A stretch of DNA of 64,000 nucleotides, taken from Eledone cirrhosa. Taxonomy: Eukaryota. Positions 57,862 through 64,000 of the stretch are shown here, in pieces. The DNA lies in assembly GCA_964016885.1 (NCBI GenBank), contig OZ024759.1, positions 21,824,001-21,888,000 of the forward strand. The letters run 5' to 3'. Under the pieces are notes generated by a model. The model had not been told where the DNA came from, did not search any database, and worked only from the letters and a program-made list of their open reading frames with translations. Position 1 is the stretch's first letter. The number at the start of each line of letters is the position of its first letter. Made by a program: the position numbers and the translations under genes.

Positions 57862-58172
57862 ACTTATTTGTTTCTATGTGTGTGTCGGTGTGTGTGCGTG
57901 TGTATATGTGTGTTGGGTGCAACGCTGTGTGTATTCCTCTGTGTGCATATGAGTGCGTGGAAGAAAACAGTGTGTCTATGTGTGTGCATCTGTGTGTGTG
58001 TGTGTGAGCGTGTGTATGTATGTGTTTGTGTGTGTGTGATTCTCTGTGGAGGGATGGGGGAGCAACTGTGTATGTGGGGGTGTATATTTACGTGCCTGTG
58101 TGTGTGTGTGCGTATATGGAAGTGTCTACCTGTGTGTATGTGTGTGTGCGTGTGTATGTGTATGTGTCTACC

Positions 58173-58205
<33 letters not shown>

Positions 58206-59052
58206 ATGTGTGTGAATCTCTGTGGGGGGGATGGGGAGCAACACTGTGTGTTGGGGGGGGAGTCTATCTACGTGCCTGTGTGTGTGTGTGTATATGGATG
58301 TGTGTACCTGTGTGTGTGTACCTGTGTGTGTGTATATGTGTGTATGTGTGTGAATCTCTGTGGGGGGATGGGAAGCAACACTGTGTGTGGGAGGGTCTAT
58401 CTACGTGCCTGTGTGTGTGTGTGTATGGATGTGTGTGTGTGAATCTCTGTGGGGGTGGGGTGGGGTCTATCTACGTGCCTGTGTGTGTGTATATGGATGT
58501 GTGTACCTGTGTGTGTGTGTGTATGGATGTGTGTACCTGTGTGTGCGTGTATATGGATGTGTGTACCTGTGTGTGTGTGTGTGTGTATATGGATGTCTGT
58601 ACCTGTGTGTGTGTGTGTGTGAATCTCTGTGGGGGGATGGGGAGCAACACTGTGTGTGTGGGGGTGTCTATCTACGTTTCTGTGTGTGTGTGTATATATA
58701 TGGATGTGTGTACCTGTGTGTGTGCGTTTGTGTGTGTATGGATGTGTGAACCTGTGTGTGTGTGTCTGTGTGTATGTGTGTGTGTGTGTATGGATGTGTG
58801 AACCTGTGTGTGTGTGTATGTGTGTGCGTGTGTGTGTGTGTATGGATGTGTGAACCTGTGTGTGTGAACCTGTGTGTGCGTGTGTATGGGTGTGTGAACC
58901 TGTGTGTGTGTGTATGGATGTGATTCTCTGTGGAAGAATGGGGAGCAACTCGGTGTGTGTTGTGAGGGAGGGGGGGGCCTATGTACATGCCTGTGCATAT
59001 AGGCGCATGATTAGGGAGGAGTGAAGTGTGTGTGTGTGTGGGGGGGGGGGGG
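57605..59052 (+). repeat. Compound (GT)n-rich minisatellite
   Basis: Recurring gaatctctgtggggggatggggagcaacactgtgtg and tatggatgtgtgtacctgtg blocks separated by (GT)n. Confidence 0.85.
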
Positions 59053-59142
59053 GAGATAGAGAATGCCATCTATGTATATTTGCTATATTTATCCTCTGGA
59101 TAACAATATTCATTTTAGGGATCTACATGACACCCCACATAC

Positions 59143-59600
59143 AATTATCCCAGTACATTACTGGTACTTTATTTTATTTGACCCCCAATAGTGGTTTCTA
59201 CTTTAGGAACAAGGCCAGCAATTTGTGGAGACGGGGAAAGTCGATTAAATCGACCCTAGTGCATTACTGGTACTTTATTTTGTCGACCCCGTAAGCATGA
59301 AAGGCAAATCTAACTTCGGTTGGATTTGAACTCAGAATGTAAAGAGCCATAACTCTATGCTGCAAAGCATGGTGCCCGACGCTCTACCGATACTGCCAAT
59401 CCACTGATAATAATAATAATAGTTTCTACTTTAGGCACAAGGCCAGCAATTTGAAGAGGAGGGAAAGATCGATTAAAACGGCACCAGTGCATTACTGGTA
59501 CTTTATTTTATCGACCCCGTAAGGATGAAAGGCAAAGCTAACCTCGGTGGGATTTGAACTCAGAACGTAAAGGGCCATGACTCTATGCCTCGAAGCAGGG
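59143..59600 (-). mobile_element. Tandem minus-strand SINE copies
   Basis: Two near-complete reverse-complement copies of the gataaaataaagtaccagt SINE plus a fragment. Confidence 0.8.
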
Positions 59601-60263
59601 TGTGGTGGTAACGGTGTTATCGGTAGTAGTGGTGATGGTGATAATGGTGGTGGCGATGGTAGTGGTAATTGGGGTGATGATGATGATGATGGTAACTGTA
59701 GTGGTGGAGGTCGTCGTGGTGGTGGTGGTGGTGGTAATGGTGGTGTCGGGGATAATGGTTACGTTGATGGTGATGATGGTGGAGGAGGTGGTGGTGGTGG
59801 TGGTAGCGGTAAATGTGGTGGGGGTGGGGGAGGTGAATGTGTGAGTGTGAAAAGAGAAAAGGTGGTGTGAGGTAGGGTTTACAAGACAGTAACTAGGGTG
59901 GAATGATGTGTCTTGAAGATATTTTCTTGGGTGTATGGGGCGTGTGTGTGTGTGTGGAGGGGGGGGGGACAGACATTCTTGGATGGGTGTGGGTTGTGGG
60001 GGAGACATTCATGTTAACAAGTGCAGTTAGTTTAGTGTAGTGACTGACATTAAAGTAGGAAACTCTCAGACAACACAGGAACACAGGAAGACTATATATA
60101 TTCAATATATATATATAAAAGCAGAGGTACAAAAAGTCTTATTAGTTTCACACTTTATATTGGAAAGAGGAAACAAAGTTCGACGTGTCGGGCTTAAGCC
60201 CTTCTTCAGGAGTACAAATAGAGATAAGATCACAGTGGAGAAACAGAAAGAATGTCCAGTAAA

Positions 60264-60311
<48 letters not shown>

Positions 60312-60313
<2 letters not shown>

Positions 60314-60471
60314 GTATTTCCCGACGCCGAAGAAGCTTCGTTCTCGAGGACGCACTCTAATTTTGACAAACAAAAATTTGAAAAAAAAATAATAAACAAA
60401 CTTCGGCCTCCAGGACGCATGGTAGATTTTTGAGACTTGTTTTATGAAAAAGGTAGCGTCTTCGGAAATGC

Positions 60472-60473
<2 letters not shown>
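60312..60473. mobile_element. pogo/Tigger-like MITE within (TA)n
   Basis: ta-ccgtatttcc...ggaaatgcgg-ta terminal inverted repeats. Confidence 0.65.
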
Positions 60474-60529
<56 letters not shown>

Positions 60530-60865
60530 ACGTTCCAATTTTCTGTTCACACATTATACCATGCAGACGCCCACTATATATACCTCTGTTATAATATATA
60601 CCACTTTTAAGATATAGGTTCTTTAGAATAACATTTTTCGCGGCAATTCCTACCCTGATTGTAGCATGACATTAATGCTGACTTTTCTTCTTTCTTTCTG
60701 ACGTTTTTTTTTCTTCTCTTTGACCAGATAGCCTTAAGTAGACCGAATAGCCAGCACTTGAGGGCGACCGGCTAAAGTAGAAGATGCTAGATGGTCTGTC
60801 GTCCTCGGGTCTATGATTTTCAGCCCCATGGATTTTATCTGTTACATTCATTTATTATATTTCGA

Positions 60866-60923
60866 ATACCTGATGATATCACCGGATTCATACGGAACCC
60901 GGTCATTGAAATGATCATAGTAT
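60866..60923 (+). ncRNA. Type I hammerhead-like motif with palindromic stem III
   Basis: atac-CTGATGA-tatcaccgg...ccggtcatt-GAAA-tgatca-TA-gtat. Stem I atac/gtat; stem III palindrome ATGATCAT. Confidence 0.6.
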
Positions 60924-61264
60924 AATAAACCTTTCAAGGATTTACACAAGTCCAGCCTCCTGTTATTTTATTATAATATTTAACTCCGTACTCGCACCAC
61001 CAACTACACAAACGAAAACGGTTGAGCTGCTTTACGTTGAGTACTCTCCATATTATTACATCAAGATTGACCATACGGAATGACCAGCTCTATCCAGTGG
61101 TGAACCTTCAAACCTAAATATATATATATATGTAACGAAGGAAGTGTGGTAAGGAACAAGATGTACCATAACGCACCAGAGTACTCAATACTTGGGGTAG
61201 CAGAGTGGGTAATAGGAAAATGTTTAACCCCGACGGCAGAGCTCAAGCCGTTTATATTATATTT

Positions 61265-61450
61265 GAATTGGCAGTATCGGTAGAGGGTCGGACGCCATGC
61301 TTTCCAGCATAGTTACGTCGCTTTACGGTCTGAGTTCAAATCCCGTCGAGGTTAACTTTGCCTTTCATCCTTCTTACGGGGTCTATAAAATAAAGTACCA
61401 GTAATGGACTGGGTAATTGCTGGCCTTGTGCCAAAAGTAGAAACAATTAT
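61265..61450 (+). mobile_element. tRNA-derived SINE
   Basis: Same family as the 43878 copies. Confidence 0.85.
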
Positions 61451-61663
61451 ATATATATATATATTATTGTGGTTGTTTCTGGTTATGTTCTTTGCACAAA
61501 CATTCTTTCACTTAAATGTGTGGTACAGTGTGTGGGTGTATGTGTGTGCGTGCGTGTGTATGAAGGGAAAACGACACACACGCGCACACACATACACCCA
61601 CACACTGTACCACACATTTAAGTGAAAGAATGTTTGTGCAAAGAACATAACCAGAAACAACTG

Positions 61664-61702
<39 letters not shown>

Positions 61703-61716
61703 GTTTCTACTTTTGG
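61431..61716. repeat. Long near-perfect inverted duplication (~130-bp arms)
   Basis: ccaaaagtagaaacaatt(TA)n...gttgtttctggttatgttctttgcacaaacattctttcacttaaatgtgtggtacagtgtgtggg is mirrored after a ~14-nt loop. Confidence 0.9.
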
Positions 61717-61974
61717 AAAGATAAATTTCTAAGTAAACTTCTTAGGTGATTATTTCTTGGTGAATATGTAGAAGGAGGCGAAGTGGTAATGTTGTCGCAA
61801 AGTCTTACTGCTAAGAAGACAGAAATATATTCTTTCTTACAATATCACAATTAGGAAATGTTAGCTGTACCGTTTTCAGTATACAATCATTATTTTAATT
61901 AAATTACTCGTAATTTGCTAAATTAATTAAAGTAAGGAGAGCTCTTATTAATATTATTTAATAATGAAATGAAA

Positions 61975-62240
61975 GCTGCTCATATATCTATCAGGTGCAA
62001 TACTGGCCTAAAGGAGGAGACGACTGCAACAACATCAAAGTAATATCGAATAATATAGGTTTTCTTTGAAGTAAGCTCTGCCAACATAAGCAGATCTACG
62101 GGAAGCTTTCCCTAACATATGCATAAGAGGTATTCTATGATAAGGCAGCCATGTTTAGAGGAAGTTTGGCAAAGTCATATCAGAGAAATAGAAAAAGGTT
62201 TTAAGGAGAAATACCGTTTGGAACAGTGTTCGCTTAATGT
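61975..62240 (+). mobile_element. Possible decayed Penelope GIY-YIG endonuclease end
   Basis: Fragments RRRLQQHQSNI and REIEKGFKEKY...SLN resemble a PLE endonuclease C-terminus; many disruptions. Confidence 0.3.
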
Positions 62241-62469
62241 AGTAAGGAAATTTCGTTTACTCGGGAAGTATTTATTTATTTTTTCATTCAATTTAAACGT
62301 CCGTAAAGAGCTAGTAAGCCATAGCAGACTAGGGGAAGTACCGAGAACTCATTGCAGTTGGTAACAAAAAGAGCTAGTGAGACAAAGTAATAAAAAAAAT
62401 GGGAAAAAATAACAAAAATTGAAGGCCTATGTGAGGCAGATTATGCATAAGAAATCTCAGTTGTAGTCG

Positions 62470-63520
62470 TTCGAATGTCTGATAGAATACTTTGTGATTT
62501 TAATTCCGGCTCTCTTCCCTCTCTCAGTTCAAACCCTGCCGATGTCAACTTTGGCTTTTATCATTTCGATATCGACAAAAAGAAGTACCAGTCCAGTACT
62601 GGGGGTCGATTCTTCCTCTCTCTCTCATTCTGTGAAGAGGAGATAGGTTCTGTTAGGTTTAAAGTGCTCAAGATACGCCGTATGTCACTGTGGTTCTCCT
62701 ACTAGTTACTCATCCATTGCATGGTCCCGTAACTCCTGATAGTCATAGGGACGCCGTTTGTCAATGACATACGGTGTCTCTTGGGCATTTTAAACCTGGA
62801 CGAGCCCATCCCTCTCCAGGCCTAAGTACAGCAGATTTCTTCCAGAGAAAGGAAGAATCGACCCCAGTACTGGACTGCTATTTTTTTTTTATCGACCTCG
62901 AAAGGATGAAAGGCAAAGTTGACCTCGGTGGGATTTGAACTCAGAGAGAAGAGAGCCAGAACGAATAACATAAAGCATTCTATCCGACGTTCTAACGACT
63001 CTGCAGATATGCAAATATTAGTTCTAGAGTTGTAGGTTTTCTTTTTATTATCTGTATTTGAAGTGGGCCTATTTTGTTTCATAAAATCCTAATTTATTTT
63101 CTTTTTATTGCTTTGGACTTAACTATTTTTATTATGGCAGAATCGGTAGAGCGTCGGACATCATGCTTTTTGACATAGAGTTATGGTCCTTTACTTTCTG
63201 AGTTCAAATCCTGCCGAGGTTAGCTTTGTCTTTCATCCTTACGCGGTCGATGAAATAAAGCACCAGTAATGTACTTGGATCGATTTAATCGACTTTTCCC
63301 TCCCCACAAATTGTTGGCCTTGAGCCTAAAATAAAAAACCATTATATGTAGACGATAGGGTGGTGGACTGGCAAAATCGGTAGAGCGCCAGACAAAATGA
63401 TTTTGTGGTCTTTGTTCCGAGTTCGAATCCTGTCGAGGGCAATTTGTCTTTCGTTCTTCCGAGATCGAAAATATAATGTACCAGTAAAGTGCTGGACTAA
63501 TTGTAATCTACTTTTCCTTT
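62470..63520. mobile_element. SINE cluster (+ 62470-62650, - 62720-63005, + 63135-63345, + 63365-63520)
   Basis: Repeated A/B-box heads and gtcgataaaataagtaccag-type cores. Confidence 0.75.
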
Positions 63521-64000
63521 CCTACAAATTAAAGATGGTGGGTGAGACGCGTTAAACTGACTATTCCCACTCTCAGAGTTCACTCCTCTTAATGAGGTAA
63601 CCAACTGTGTCCCTGATAGCAGGGAGTAGGAGAGATGGTTCGGAAACCCAGAATACCAGCCGTCTTCACTGCAATAGGTACATCGACGAATCAATAGGAG
63701 AGAGAGGCCGAGACTTCAACAGCATGAAGAAGCAACGAAAAAAGCTGTAATTAGGGAAGAATTTGCTATTTATAGAGGTGATGAAATGGAATGAGTGTGT
63801 TAAGACGACCATGAGTTTATTTGGTATAAATAGCTTGTTGAAAATATATTCAAAGCGTAGCGGAGGGAGGACGTGAAGAGTTTATAATAGCAAATAATAA
63901 CTAACACTAGCTGTTCTGATTACTGCCTGTTCACCTACGAGCTCATCTTATAATTGTTTCCTTTTATAAATATTTTCTATATCACCAAGTAAAACGCATG

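Noticed and set aside
59577-59870. Glycine-rich protein ORF
   Set aside because: Degenerate (GGT/GAT)n repeat directly following a SINE, with no splice or coding context.
63365-63435. tRNA gene (tggcaaaatcggtagagcgccagac...gttcgaatcc)
   Set aside because: A/B boxes are present but there is no acceptor stem or anticodon arm, and it continues into the SINE core. It is a tRNA-derived SINE head.

Overview
Eukaryotic, AT-rich, microsatellite-saturated animal DNA. The (TA)n/(CA)n/(GA)n density and the tRNA-derived SINE families suggest an octopod (coleoid cephalopod) genome; this is inference, not a database result. The only credible host coding sequence is a ~2-kb terminal exon on the minus strand (29982-31993) of a tincar-like multipass membrane protein. 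I found no upstream exons in the window. The rest is repeats: SINEs, truncated LINEs (RTE/RTEX, CR1, a CRE-type endonuclease end), MITEs, minisatellites and many foldback (hairpin + tail) elements. The most notable structure is a ~7.5-kb array of about 16 apparently identical 463-bp units (13654-21204). Each unit carries a minimal type I hammerhead ribozyme motif (CTGATGA...GAAA-CTAG-TA, palindromic stem III), so the array is a candidate Penelope-related non-LTR retrozyme / self-cleaving circular RNA locus. An inverted, slightly diverged copy of the same ribozyme lies at 18-60, and several unrelated hammerhead-like motifs are dispersed through the window. Nearly all ORFs in the supplied track are microsatellite artefacts.
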